Assembly: GCA_951406725.2 (NCBI GenBank)
Contig: OX597816.1
Coordinates: forward strand, 125,674,001 to 125,738,000
DNA: 64,000 bases
Source of the DNA: Octopus vulgaris
Lineage: Eukaryota
Direction: 5' to 3'
The notes under the pieces are model-generated. The model was not told where the DNA came from. It did not search any database and worked only from the letters and a program-made list of their open reading frames with translations. Each line of letters begins with the position of its first letter. The stretch's first letter is position 1. Of this stretch, positions 13,462-26,560 are shown piece after piece. The position numbers and the translations under genes were made by a program.

Positions 13462-13846
13462 CTAGCAGTATCGCCCGGCGTTGCTCGGGTTTGTAAGGGA
13501 AATAACTATAAAGCATTTTTAGAGAGTTATAGCCCAAAAATAGCAAAAAAAAATGAAAAAAAATGATGGTAAATTTTTTTGAGAGTAAAAAAAGGTAGAG
13601 TTGCGTCCCCTAGACAGTTTGCGGTTTGTGTTTCTGATTCTCGACCCCATGTCGAATTTATCGATTTTGTTCAGAACTGGGGAAACTTTTCAAAATTTTC
13701 GCTGCGTTAGTTTTGAATTATGACATTGGGCTATGTGTGTGTCAAGTTTCATCAGAATCGGTTGAAAGCCGTGGTCAGGGTGAGGGTACAAGCAAACAGA
13801 CACACAGAAACACGCACAGACAAACTGCCGTTTATATAGAGAGAGA
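13462..13846 (-). mobile_element. Non-autonomous Helitron
   Basis: On the minus strand it starts A|TCTCTCTATATAAAC and ends with the hairpin cccgagcaacgccggg followed by ..CTAG|T. This gives 5'-TC, 3'-CTAG, a subterminal hairpin, an A/T insertion site and no TSD. Confidence 0.85.
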
Positions 13847-14383
13847 TTTCTACAAAGCCATGAACAATGGTTATTTGACAATAGCGGTGCACCCATCATT
13901 ATAGAAGAAGTTATTGGTAAGCCAGAACGTAAATTCTTTAAAACACACATAGTTGTTATAATTTTATACCCTACATTCATTTCTATTGACGCAGTCTACT
14001 GGTAATATGGACAACACAATATAAAGATAAGTCGATAGTCCTCGACTTATACATTTACGTAACTGAGTTATAATCAATTATTTTAATAGCTTACTTTTTC
14101 TGAGTGGGAAACTTTTCTCCACTCCAAATGAGAAATTCCTTATTGGTGATTACATCAAATCGCTTGAAATGAAAAATAAAGCAGCTACATTTAAAAACCA
14201 CCAATAGATTTTGCATTGATGAGTATTGTACATGATCCCAACTGTCAGAATACTAAGTTGAAAGAGGACCCAGAGTAGCAAGCAAAGACAGTATTACAGT
14301 TCTTTATTTAAGAGATGAGGAATTATGTACATTATTTACACTATTTACATTTGACGGATATTTGCCCTCATCTTGTTTGTTGT

Positions 14384-14430
14384 TAAAACAAAGTTTAGGC
14401 TGTTATACCCTTCAGCCTTCATCAGGTGTC
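14384..14430 (-). ncRNA. Minimal type I hammerhead ribozyme motif (mutated GAAA and stem III)
   Basis: Reverse complement: gacac CTGATGA a ggctg-aagggtataa-cagcc tAAAC ttt gtttt. Stem II is intact. Confidence 0.6.
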
Positions 14431-14477
14431 TTGGAGAAACTTCGAACCTGGGTTCTCATTCCTGAGGTATTTTTCGA

Positions 14478-14532
<55 letters not shown>

Positions 14533-14593
14533 ACAACAACGACACCATCGAAAATTTCTCAGGAATGAGAAACCAGGTTTTAAATTTCCCCAA

Positions 14594-14624
14594 GACACCT
14601 GATGAAGGCTGGAAACGTTGTGTT
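14594..14624 (+). ncRNA. Minimal type I hammerhead ribozyme motif (stem II half-deleted)
   Basis: gacac CTGATGA aggctg GAAAC GTT gtgtt, with stem I gacac/gtgtt and palindromic AACGTT stem III. Confidence 0.65.
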
Positions 14625-17600
14625 AACAACAAACAAGATGATGGCAAATATCCGTCAAATGTAAATAGTGTAAATAATGTAAATAAAATAGACAGTATTG
14701 ATTAGCGCTGGTATCAATTCCTTATAAAAAATAATGTATCTTCAAAATCATATACATTTCAAAACCCACTATTAAAACATAAAGACAAAACACTCACAAT
14801 CCTATTAAAGGACCAGGATTACAGTTTTCAACTGCTGTTGAAAGTGATAACTTAAATAAAGGCGATGCATCTGGATGATACTGCTTGCTCAAAACACGGG
14901 AACAAAACGTGGGTGTTAATCACCTTTGACAATTTAAGGCTGACTACTAGATTTAACATGTTGGCATTTGTCCGTGGCACAATCAGCTACGACATTTAAG
15001 GCAATAGTCATGCATAAGTTTTCGAATATTCCACAGAATGTATGGTCGAAAGTGAAAGAGTAAATATAGAAATTAGAGACGTTGGATTTTATAAAGAAAT
15101 GTAGCTATAAGTAGATAAAACAAATGTCATCAGTTGTTTTACTTCGAAACGTTGTCCCAGCTTCTTATCCAATGCTAACCGGCGGATCCAATATTTGTTG
15201 TATTTGACAGTATTTTCGACGTTGCATGGTTGCGCCAAAGTTAATGTCAAATTGAATTGCATGGATATACAAGAAAGAAATGAATTATTAACACGACTAA
15301 TGGAATTTATCTTGTAAATAAATTATAAACGGGATTAAGGCATGCAACCTCCAAATTTCAAAACTTACGAAGAATAATATTGGTGATGTAGATGTAGTTG
15401 AAGTGTCTATAAATGACATTTGACTTATTTCTAAGTTTCTTCAAGTTTAAATGCAAATTTGATAGAGTATTAGTGTTGTATTCTCATGCAATGACCTTTA
15501 GACCCAATAAATGCATTTAAGGACTGAGTATGTTGATAACTATGAAATACACATGCCACTTAATGTCATCATACTGCTCTGTCAAATACTAGACGAAATA
15601 TTGACGTTGATTATCTTCAGTCAGATATAGACTGATCACATGATTGTGTCATACAAACTACCAGAGGAATGAATTCTCGGATAGTTTTACTAGTAAATAT
15701 ACAAATAATATTGTTTCTCTGGAAGACGACTAATTCTACTCTAACTGTAAACAATTCGTAATGTGCGATGGCAGATGTCCAAATATAGTCAAAAGCGCCG
15801 ACTGTTTACCGCTGCATTCATTATTGTTTAAATAACTTCATTATTGTAAAAATAAATTGATTAAACATTTAATGACAAGTCTGGGTATTTGTAAGCGATT
15901 TGTAATGTATGCACACGGATTATGTAAAATGGTAGACAAAATATACTTACTGCTCAGAAAGCCCGATAATACATAGTTTCACCATTTTGTGAATGCAAAT
16001 ATCGTGATTACCACCTACTGGTTACACTTCAGCAATATCAAAAATGAAATCTGAAATTTCTGCAAAAGCTGAAAGTATCTGAAAACAGGAATCTACAAGA
16101 TCGAGGCTGTAAGTCACTCTCTATTGGTCATAATAGAAAAGGTGAGATAATAAGTCAGTAAAATTAGAGGGCCAATTTCATCAGCGTATGAATAAAATTC
16201 ACTAAATACATGTTCATGTTCAAAGGTAAATCAAATAATCTAGAAGATAGTAAATTGTAAATTTACTATCTCGTAAATACTCAGACTGGAGAGAGTTGTC
16301 TAAAGCTCGCAGTATATATATCGGTATCCACAAATTGGTGATCGACTCTACTGTCTCTACTGTCAGCGATAGCGGGTATTTCTGTTACACATGCGTTATG
16401 CGTGAATGTGTGTGTGTGTATTTAGCAGTACTAGTTAATAATTAACTTCCAACTGTATGTATATGTGTTTGAATGTTAACAACTCAGTCTGTGATAATGA
16501 TTTTAACTTAAAGTTTGTAAGTGAGAGTACGTGTCTACCCTGCAAATACATTGCAAGGAAGTCGAACAGTCTTTCTAATTATCTTGAATGTAATTTCTTT
16601 GTGATTTTATAAACAGATGAATCATATCAAATATTTCTGAAATAGGTTCCTTGCAAACTTTTATATAATGCGACATGCATTCTATTCAATTAACACTTTC
16701 AACCGCTATCATCTTCTGTTGGCTTTGCTAGTTTGTATGGTTTCTATTCGTGTCTTCTCTCTTCGAATCAGAATTTCTCTGGCTAATGTAACATTTTCCT
16801 TTCATTTGCAGTACCTTCGTCAACCATGCATCATTGATATTAGGAATCAGAACCGTTTCTCTTTGTGACGAAATTTGAACTCATACATAAACATTATACA
16901 AATTTCCTTCTTATTCAGGATTCAATAAAACTAATAGAAAATTAGAATTATTTGGATACGATCATAAAATAACAAATGTAAAGATCAAACGTTAATCTTT
17001 ACTTTGTAATCGGTATGTTCCATTCACATAGCTGCTTCTTACTTCAAGTCAGGCAAGCGAACATTAAATATCTAATATTTCATGTACACAACTCTATAGA
17101 ATCATTAGTAAAAGGATGAAAGAAAATAAATTACAAAAGAGATAATTCATTGCTACAGCAAATGCTGTTGTTGTAGTTGTAGTTGATAGTGCTGCTATAC
17201 CTCTTGTTGTTGCACTCTTATTACGGTAGATATTGCACTTTTATTGTTGATACATCCCTATTGCTGTCACTACTCATAATGTTCCTATTATGACAGTTAT
17301 AGGTGTAAGAGGGGTTGTAGCTATTATCGCCAATGAAGATGGCTATGTCAGTGGTGATGATGGTTTTCTTTTTTATTCTTGCCGATACTTCTAATAATGT
17401 TAAGTTCTTTTCTTTTAAATCTTCTTTATAGTCGCTGCAACGAGAGATACATTTATAAGGTATATAGTGTTAACACTCTTATATTTCTGTAATTGTTGTT
17501 CCATCATCACTTTAATTTGGAGTAATAATGATCGAATTAATGAAACAGGACTGTCGATTGAAAGCTTCCTCTCTTGTCCAGACCATAGACAGACTTGAAC

Positions 17601-17970
17601 TGATCACACCGATTAAATGACGCATCGTTAATTATAGAAAACGCTCAGTAGTTGAAAAGTTGAAATTTAATTATTCGAAGTACTTGTTACATGTCAGGGA
17701 ACAGAGTCATCAAAAGCTAGATGTTTTAACTGTCAAAGTGTGTCTAAGGCAATAAAAAAGCGTAGCTAACGGGACACGAACTATCAACTTTCGGATTGTA
17801 GCCCGTCACCCTCTCAAACGCCAGCGAACTTAGCAGCTTCTATTTTTGATTGTAACAGTGATTGTAATGATACTGCTAATGGTGGCGGTACCTGTGGTGA
17901 AGGTAGTTTGTAAATGACTTTGCATATATTAATCATTATGTTGTTCAATATATCTCTATATAGCCTTGAT

Positions 17971-18361
17971 TGTGGAGACGCAATGGCCCAGTGGTTAGGG
18001 CAGCGGACTCGCGGTCGTAGGATCGCGGTTTCGATTCCCAGACTGGGCATTGTGAGTGTTTATTGAGCGAAAACACCTAAAGCTTCACAAGGCTCCTGCA
18101 GGGGGTGGTGGTGAACCCTGCTGTACTCTTTCACCACAACTTTCTCTCACTCTTTCTTCCTGTTTCTGTTGTACCTGTATTTCAAAGGTCCAGCCTTGTC
18201 ACACTCTGTGTCACGCTGAATCTCCTCGAGAACTACGTTAAGGGTACACGTGTCTGTGGAATGCTCAGCCACTTGCACGTTAATTCTACGAGCAAGCTGT
18301 TCCGTTGATCGTATCAGCTGGGACCCTCATCGTCGTAACCGACGGAGTGCTCCTACTACTA
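17971..18361 (+). mobile_element. tRNA(Arg-like)-derived SINE family A, full length (body X + tail A)
   Basis: A box tggcccagtgg, B box ggtttcgattccc, a ctcgc anticodon-like loop and a (CTA)n tail. 13-bp TSD ctatatagccttg at 17956-17968 and 18362-18374. Resembles octopus OR-type SINEs. Confidence 0.92.
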
Positions 18362-18713
18362 CTATATAGCCTTGTTTATAGCGTCTGACAGTGGGTTTAA
18401 CTGGGATATTGTAGTTGGTTTATCCCTTATTATTAGAGTAAGTTTTGGCGTTGGTAGTACTTTTAGATTTAAATTTGCCGGTATCTAGAGACTGGCAGAC
18501 TAGATTCGGAAGTTTGTACTTAGTGACCGTTGACAGCATGTTTTTTTTCCGTTTGTCTAAGTGATATCTCAGAAGCATATTTTATCCTCCAGTTAGCAAT
18601 TTATAGAAAATATAATCTGTAGGTATCATACAACAATAATATTGGTCCATGTAGAAGTTCCACGTGTTGAAACAGCTGTTCGGATAAACTAATTAGCATT
18701 TTTTTCTATTGTT

Positions 18714-18916
18714 AAGACTGTGAGAATCGTTGCCGCACCGGGCTAAATGCTTGGCAGCATTTAATCCGTCTTTATGGTCTGAGTTCAAATGACGCCGGGG
18801 TCGAATTTTGCCTTTCGGGATCGGCAAAATAAGTACCATTTGGGCACTGGGGTTGATGTCATCGACTTATACCCTTCTCTGAATATGCTAGTCTTGTGCC
18901 AAAATTTGAAATCATT
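18714..18916 (+). mobile_element. SINE family B copy
   Basis: ctgagttcaaat..ggggtcgaattttgcctttcggga..aataagtacc..cactggggttgatgtcatcgact. Confidence 0.75.
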
Positions 18917-19656
18917 GTTTTTTTCGATTGCCACGCGCAGCCAAAGATCTTTATCAAGACAATTGTTTCACACATTGAAAACTTAATGTTGGCATGTGCT
19001 CGTCAGCCTGATAATCTCAGGAATATTATCTAATCTCGCAATTTTGCCTATAAGTACCTGGTATTTTGTCTTCATCGGGGAAGCTATTCTACGAAAAAAT
19101 CTTTTTGCAAAAACACTGGTCTTCGGGAGAAAGCAATCGTTATATTTTACTCTGTTGAGTGTATATGTGAGCATATGTGCGTGTATTTGTGGATGTATGA
19201 GTGTGTATGCTTGGGTGCCTCTGTGTGTGTGTGCGCGCGCGCGTGCGCGTGTGTCTGTGTGTGATGGGCATTATAAACAGTTTCATTTTTCGATGAGCCG
19301 ACATTTGATTTTTATTCCCCACTAGAGTGAGGAACTTATTTCCAAAAATAGGAAGTGTAGTATAGAATAATAAACTGCTTACGCCTAGGTAGTTGGCTAT
19401 GCCAGCCAGTTTCGTTTTCAAGTCGAAGGCAATTATTTTTGTGTACACCTTCAGAAAGTGGCATTGCCACCTTCCCTTAATACAGAGTATTGTTATCGTT
19501 CTAATTCATTAATAAAATAATAAATATAGTAATATTTATTCAATTCAGTGAAGTCAGTTGCTCAATAAGCGTGATTTTTGGCCTAGTCCAAAAATATTAT
19601 ATTTTGTTGTTATTACTATTTTAATGAGTATGTTTATATGTTACATTATACAAATG

Positions 19657-19660
<4 letters not shown>

Positions 19661-19738
<78 letters not shown>

Positions 19739-19760
19739 TGTGTATGTGTGTGTGTATGTG
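19661..19760. repeat. (TG)n microsatellite
   Basis: Seen directly. Confidence 0.97.
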
Positions 19761-21241
19761 TACTAGTTCATTTTTTTAATTAAATATTTGTTTTAAAACG
19801 GAGCTACCATGTTATCGAAATTAATAGAAATTGTTTCCATAGAATATATGGAGTGTTGTTGCTATTAATTAAATTATTGAAATGCCATGGTTTTGAGGAT
19901 ATTCTTCTATTGTTAAGAAACTCAATTAATAAGATTTGAAACACTAACTAAAATCTATTACAATAAATCTTTATCTATTGGATGTTTGTGATTTTATTTT
20001 GCAATAATGAATTTTATTTTCAAGGTTTTCAAAGCAGCGTGAATATCATTAATGTTGGCAATGTGTATCAATTCCTGCTATAAATATATAATAGATATTG
20101 AAAACCTTTAGTGATATTTTCTTGTTTTATTTTATATGTTCATTTTAGTAATTTTATAAACCGAAAATTAAGTAAACAACTCCATATATCTTTAAGGTAT
20201 CAATATATCATTTTCAAAAGTAGATTTATTCTGAAAACAATAACAAATATAACCAGAATCATAGGTAGAATTATATAAAACAGTTTTATACTTCAAAAAT
20301 GTAAACTCGATTTCCAAGTCATCTAGGAAATATTTAGCGAATTTTTCATTGACCGATAAGGATTTATTCTGTAAGTACTACATCACAAAACTACTATATT
20401 AGGAAAATAATATGTGCCATGTATGAAGTCTAAAATGAAATCAAATCCAACACATGAAGTTGACACTATTGGAACTTTACATCTTGCCCTAAGGCGTAAA
20501 TCTCTCAGTGTCAAACCATGTAAGTTCTATGTTTAATATATTTACAAAGATATATAAGATTTTATAATGTCTAATCTCAGTACAAAAAAATACTTTCCTT
20601 AAATATATATGAGTGCATTTGAAAATTTACATTTCATCTCCTTCACTTTCAATCTTGCTCATGTTCAATCTTTATCACACCCACATTATTTCATATATTT
20701 ATGTTGCATAAATGACAGAAAAACAACGATTATTCTCTGCTACATTATTAAGTATTGATTTATTATCAGTATACTATACTTATATTCCTATAGATGTTTA
20801 TGTCTAGGAAATAGAAATCTTTACTCTCATAAATTAATGCAATGAATTCAAATAATCATATATTCTAAAATGTTTTTGCTGATGTGTTATATGTGAAGTG
20901 AAACTCAGCAAGCCACAATAACTGTGGCGATTTATTCAAACTGTGCATTTTAGTTGAGTTCTGGAACAAATGGGTATAATGTTTAACAGAAATATATAAG
21001 TCAAAATTCAATTTACGTTAAAGAAAAAGAATCACCGAAAATACCAGAAATTTATGTTTAGTTTGCCAAGTAGCTAATTGTGACATCATACTTTTACGCA
21101 TTAAGAATATTTTCAAGCTTATTGAATATACGATTTCTATATTTATTGCAATTTTTATTGATAATAAGTATCAATATGGTTATTATGAACAACTAAGTAA
21201 GCTTAGTAATTCCTGAATGAAATGACTCAGAATTATAGAAA

Positions 21242-21455
21242 CTAGTTATTACCCGTCATTATGGTGCCAAGTAAAAACCTAGTCAAGATGAAATAGATGC
21301 GTCTGCAGAAGCCTACAACAATTCTCACATTGATATACACAACTACCTGGGTTTCTTTTGCTTAAAACAAATTTTAATTATATCTTTCACTCTCACACTC
21401 ACTTTCTTTTTCCCTCTCCCTCACTCTCTCTCACTCTCACTCTCTCACTCTCACA

Positions 21456-21488
<33 letters not shown>

Positions 21489-21927
21489 GATGTAGTTCAC
21501 TTTCAACAACCTGTCATTATAGTGAAAGTCATTTTTAAAGACAGTGTTGCGTTGTCTATATGTTGAAAGACATACAGAAACACAAACACAAACCAAGAAA
21601 ACAATTATGAGTGTTATATAGCTACTTTTCTAAGACTTTGTTGCGTTGTGTTGACAAACTTACACTTAAAATTACCGCGTTTTAATCAAAACGTGTTAGT
21701 TACTATGGTGACAACATTATCTATCTGCCATCACTCTCTCTCCCTCTCGCTCACTTTCTCTCGCTGTTTTTCTCTCTCAACAACGTTTATTTAGAAGAAG
21801 GAACTTCTAAATAAACGTTTTGACAGGGATTATCTTCCATTTTTGATTCCACCCCTTCTTTCCTCCTTCTAATAGATGTTGTGACGGACAGACAGACGGA
21901 GATCAGTTTCTGTTTTATAAGACGAGA
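21242..21927 (-). mobile_element. Probable degenerate non-autonomous Helitron
   Basis: Same layout as 13462-13846: a|ctag..acccgtcatt at left and acagacagacgga..ttttataagacgaga at right. The terminal hairpin is degraded. Confidence 0.4.
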
Positions 21928-22455
21928 AATGTGACGTACTGCAAAATGTGTCCTATTTTCAACTTTTTTCGAGAATTTTTATTCCAAACGTTTCTTACAT
22001 ATTAAACAGCATATATAGAAATATATAAAGTAGTTATATTGGAGAAGAACAAAATTTGAAATTTTCTTATTATTCTTACAATTATTATAAGTAGGAATCA
22101 TAATAACTTAATATAATTTGTAAATACATGTTACATTTGTTTCTTTTTGTTTTCATCCTTAAAATTAAATTATTTCCTAAATTCATTTTAGTTATTTTGA
22201 TGCATATTGTAATACATAAATTCCATGAGATGAAATCTTGTTTATTACAATGATTAAGTATAAATACAACTATCCCAAAAAACAAGGATATATTCATCAG
22301 AAATTAGTGGTTCTTTATTCTTCTAGAAAGGGTGCATGTGTATCAAGAAATAAGGAATTAATTCACATTGATATTAGTTCAAACCTTTAACTGAATCATC
22401 AGGCTAATTTCCATGGGTAGCATCAGTGTTTCGTACGTAGTGTTTAGTCATAATA

Positions 22456-22632
22456 CGGTGAACTAGCAGAAACGTTGGAGCATTCCGAGTTCAAGTCCTA
22501 TCGTGGTCAACTTCGCCTTATATCTTTTCCGGGTCGATAAAACACTGTATTACTCGAACCTTGGTTCGATGTTATCAACTAATTCCCTCTCCTAACAAAA
22601 ATGCTAGCCTTGTACCTACATCAGAAACAATT
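22456..22632 (+). mobile_element. SINE family B copy, degenerate
   Basis: ggtgaactagcagaaacgtt..gagttcaagtcc..gtcaacttcgcct..gggtcgataaa. Confidence 0.7.
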
Positions 22633-23556
22633 ATGTAACGTTTAACCAAAACTAAAGTGTTTTGTAAGCTTTTAAGCTATTTGCTAACCTATATAAAATT
22701 GCCAATTTCTATCATTAATTACTTTTGGCTTTTGAAGCTAATGTAATATAATTGTTTTTGAAGCCTAAAGTTGTTAATCCTACAAGAAAAGCATTCTGTT
22801 TAATTTGTGTTTTGTAAAATCCCTTTATTTCAATAATATAAAAAGTTTTATTTGACTACTATAACCCATTTATGATACGATAATGATTTGGGGTAGATTT
22901 TTTCATTCTTTTTTAAACGATGTATTGTTCTGGTGAATTTAAAGTTTCTATCAATGCATGCATACAATATTCTTTCACTAGCATAATCTGTGTGTTTGGA
23001 GATAAATATATTTGACTAATAGTAATTTTATTATTATTGATACTGAAAGCAAGATCATTGGATTCGCTTTTGATACATTCTTGGCGTTAACATCTTTAAT
23101 GAAATCTAACTTAATGTTGTTAGATCACATTGAATGAAAAAATATAATTTTCAAGTAGAGTATCAAAAGACATTGAAATTGAGAACTTTCAATCATCAAA
23201 CATATACACACATCCGAGGCTATAAAAGAAGCCTAGGGCTTCAAACTTGAAAAATGTGTTTGTACTGTGATCTTCTTAACCACATATTTAAGCCTGTGCC
23301 TACTGCTGATTTTTCATGTCTCGTATAGGGATGAAATGTTCTGTTTGTTTACGCTCATGCATTTCACACTCCACCGTGGATGAGTTAGGTTTTCATCTCC
23401 CGCAGTCGATAAAATGATTACCATCCAGTATTTGAGTCGAATATATGCATCACTTCAATCCACAAAATATAAGACATAGTGACATACTTTTAAATTATTA
23501 ATTCTCGTCCATATTTAGTGTGAGAGGCATTGAATACTGAGTAAAATCTCGTTAAA

Positions 23557-24805
23557 CGAGGGTCGGCTGAAAAGTTAATTGATTGACTGAGGTATTCTCA
23601 TGGAATTTGATCAAATAAAGTTTATACACTTCTTCCACCGGTGTTGCAGTGCTTGGATCCCATTGATGAAGAAGCTTTCATTCATCCTGTTGGTCAAAGC
23701 ATTAATCACCAGCAGATATAACATCATCTTCACTGCGATACAAATTCTCAGCCAAGCGATTTTTCATATTGGGAAACATATGATAGTCAGATGGGGACAC
23801 ATAAAAAGGAAAGGTAGGGTGATCAATCAGTTCAAAACCAGAGTCACGCAGCAGCCAATGAAACCAAGGGCTTGTGTGCTAGAGCATAGTCCTGATGAAA
23901 CAAGACCTCTTTTGTGAGTTTTCTTGTGTGTTTGATCTTGATAGTTTTTTGTCACTGCCTCTGTATGTTGGCATAGTACTCTCCATTGGTAGTGTGGCTC
24001 TTTTGAAGACAGTCAATAAACACAATGTTTTTTGCATCCCACAAAGACTGAGGCCGTCACCTTCTTTGGAGATGAGACGACCTTGGCGTTCTTTAGAGTA
24101 GGTGAAGAGTGGTGTTTCCATTTCATCTATTGTCTCTTTGTTTCTGGCTCGAAGTTATGAAGCCATCATTCATCCTGAGTTAGAAAACATTCAAAGAAAC
24201 CAGCTGGATCTTCAAACAATTTCAGATTTCCCTATATTGTGATCTGCCTGGCGCACTTTTGATCAGGTCTTAGAAAACGTGGCACCCACCGAGCAGTAAC
24301 CTTTGATATGTCAAGTTCATTGTGCAGAATATTCTCAACTCTCTCACGTGATATGCTAACAGCATTGGTTACTTCGTTTATAGTCAATAGCCTGTCATCC
24401 ATGCATGTGGTGAAGACGATCAATGTTTTCCTCGATGGTGGCAATTGTAGGACCTTGCGTAATCTTCAAGACTTTCCGTTCCCCTCCTAAATTCAGCTAC
24501 CCATTTTGCCCTGTTGATAAAACTGGAGCGTCATCCCCTAATTTATCTACCATATCAGTATGGAAGTCGTTCGGTACTAAATCCTTTTTTCTGCAGGTAC
24601 ATTATAATACTGCGATGCCAAATTTTGTCCATTTTCCAAGAGCAGTCGCTACTAGCTACTTTTGAAGTCTTCTTTGAACGGTCAGATGTCTGATTGACTG
24701 GAAGGAAACAATTAATAAGCCGGATTGAAATTAATGCAAGCATGTTTTCACAGTTCTAGTGTCACTCCTTCATACTTAGCCTATGAACTTTTCAACCCGC
24801 CCTCG
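23557..24805 (-). mobile_element. Decayed full-length mariner transposon (irritans-like)
   Basis: TIRs cgagggtcggctgaaaagtt and aacttttcaacccgccctcg|TA. Frames MDKIWHRSIIMYLQKKG and ISRERVENILHNELDISKVTARWVPRFL. Length ~1.25 kb. Confidence 0.9.
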
Positions 24806-25651
24806 TACTATATGGAAATTTCAGTTCTTTTAATTTGCAGCATTTTATATTCAATTTGTTTTAGAATAACAGTAGAATAAGAATTTATGTCTATTATTTA
24901 GTATTCAATCTTATCTAATTCTTCAAATCTGTACTATATTTTTACATACTTTATCCTACTTTTTTTCCTTGTGTTTATTTGAATGTCGGTCGTCATTACA
25001 GTTCCTTAATTTATAGTTTTATCTAATTTTGGTCTTTATTTCTAATTTGCCTTTTAAAAGTGAGCTCATTCAGTTACACTCATGTAACTATCTCTATTGA
25101 TTCCGCTTTACCGCAGCATTATATCATATGACTTTATAGCCCTTCACTTTCAAATTATTTTTGCCTAATGACATGGTATTCGCTTGTTGCCGTTACAATT
25201 ATAGACTATTTCACTAAGAATGCTAGTTTGCTTTGTGTTAGTGGGACAAATAAAGTAGTTACTTGCAAGTGTTTACACTTTCTATATGTTCTTTGGCATA
25301 TTTGTATATTTCCTTACTATTTGCCTTAGTTTTACACTAATTCCTCTCAAAATGGAAAATGTCACGTAACAGAAACTTCTGTAATGCTAAGATCTTTATT
25401 TCAAGAATGCTTACAGTAGTGAAAGATTTATCATAATATACAAACTCTGTTCTCAGCAAAATCATACATATTCTAATTGTAAATCAAACATAGTTAATAG
25501 AGAAATGTGTTAACTCTTGTTTATGTAATTACACTTATCAGTGTTTAAGCCGAACACTTTAGAATTCTCGAAAACAAAGATGTTATAAGATGTACAAGTT
25601 CTTAATTAGACATTGAAGTAGTTTTTTAATGTGACCTTTACTTGTATATGA

Positions 25652-26560
25652 AGGAGGCTAGCTGGCAGAACCACTAGCACATCCAACAAGAAAGTAGCAT
25701 TTCATCCGGCTCTTTACGTTCAAATATAGTTCAAATACAATCTAGGTCGACTTTTCCTTTCATTCCTTCTGGGCCAATAATACAGAGTGTCTCAAAAGTC
25801 CCTGATGGGTTTCAATTTTTAATAACTTCCTTAACTTTACAAATAAATGCATGAAATTCTGACACAATTTAAAGAACATAATGGAAATTGATATGCACAA
25901 GTCAAATTTTGCAACAACACTACATCACATATGAAAAATGGCATCGCTTAAATGGCAACCATGATTGAGGCCTTTTTGCGCTCGGCCATTTACAGTAAAC
26001 CTACACATGGTTCCAGCAAGATATTGCAACTACTCATACCACAATGCTGTTGCAACGGCAGTGCTTTGGGGAGAGAATAATCTCTCGCTACGGCAATGTC
26101 AGCTCACCTTCATGTTCTCCAGATTTAACTAACCCGGATTTTTTTGTAAGGATACTTGAAAGAGAGGGTTTACGTCAACAAACCGGAGACCCTGGTGCAA
26201 CTGAAGGAGAACATCAATAGAGAAATCAGAGAAGTGGGATCTGAAACTCTTCAGGATGCTATGGTGCAAGTTTTAGAAAGAGCACAGGCGTGCGAAGCCG
26301 AAAATAGCTGCCATTTAAGCGATGTAATTTTTTCATATGTGATGTAGTGGTGTTACAATATATGACTTGTGCATACTAATTTCCATTATGTCCTTTATAT
26401 TGTATCAAAATGTCATGCAATTATTTGTAAAGTTAAGGATGTTATTAAAACTTGAAATCCATCAGTGACTTTTGGGACACCATGTATAAGGTAACCAGTC
26501 AAGTACTGGAATCAATGTAATCGTCTTGTCCCCCCGCCCACTCCTCAGAATTGCTGCCCT
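25652..26560 (+). mobile_element. SINE family B copy split by a DNA transposon
   Basis: Head and central box at 25652-25780 continue after the insertion as taaggtaaccagtcaagtactggaatcaatgtaatcg from 26487. Confidence 0.7.
25783..26484 (+). mobile_element. Internally deleted long-TIR Tc1/mariner element, rosa/DD41D-like
   Basis: TA TSD at 25781-82 and 26485-86. ~175-bp TIRs at 25783-25957 and 26309-26484. Transposase C-terminus WFQQD.ATTHT..FGERIISR..SPDLTNPDFF..LKERVYVNKPETLVQLKENI. Confidence 0.88.

Larger units (their letters stand above)
14296..14689. mobile_element. Palindromic insertion: two inverted hammerhead-bearing arms around an (ATT)n spacer, 10-bp TSD
   Basis: Arms 14328-14479 and 14546-14681 are reverse complements with few differences. 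agacagtatt is duplicated at 14286-14295 and 14690-14699. Confidence 0.85.

Noticed and set aside
16245-16271. 12-bp AT-rich hairpin agatagtaaatt-gta-aatttactatct
   Set aside because: Short and AT-rich with no supporting context; plausible by chance or local template switching.
17971-18050. Functional tRNA-Arg gene
   Set aside because: It continues into a SINE body with TSDs, the acceptor stem is not intact, and there is no terminator.
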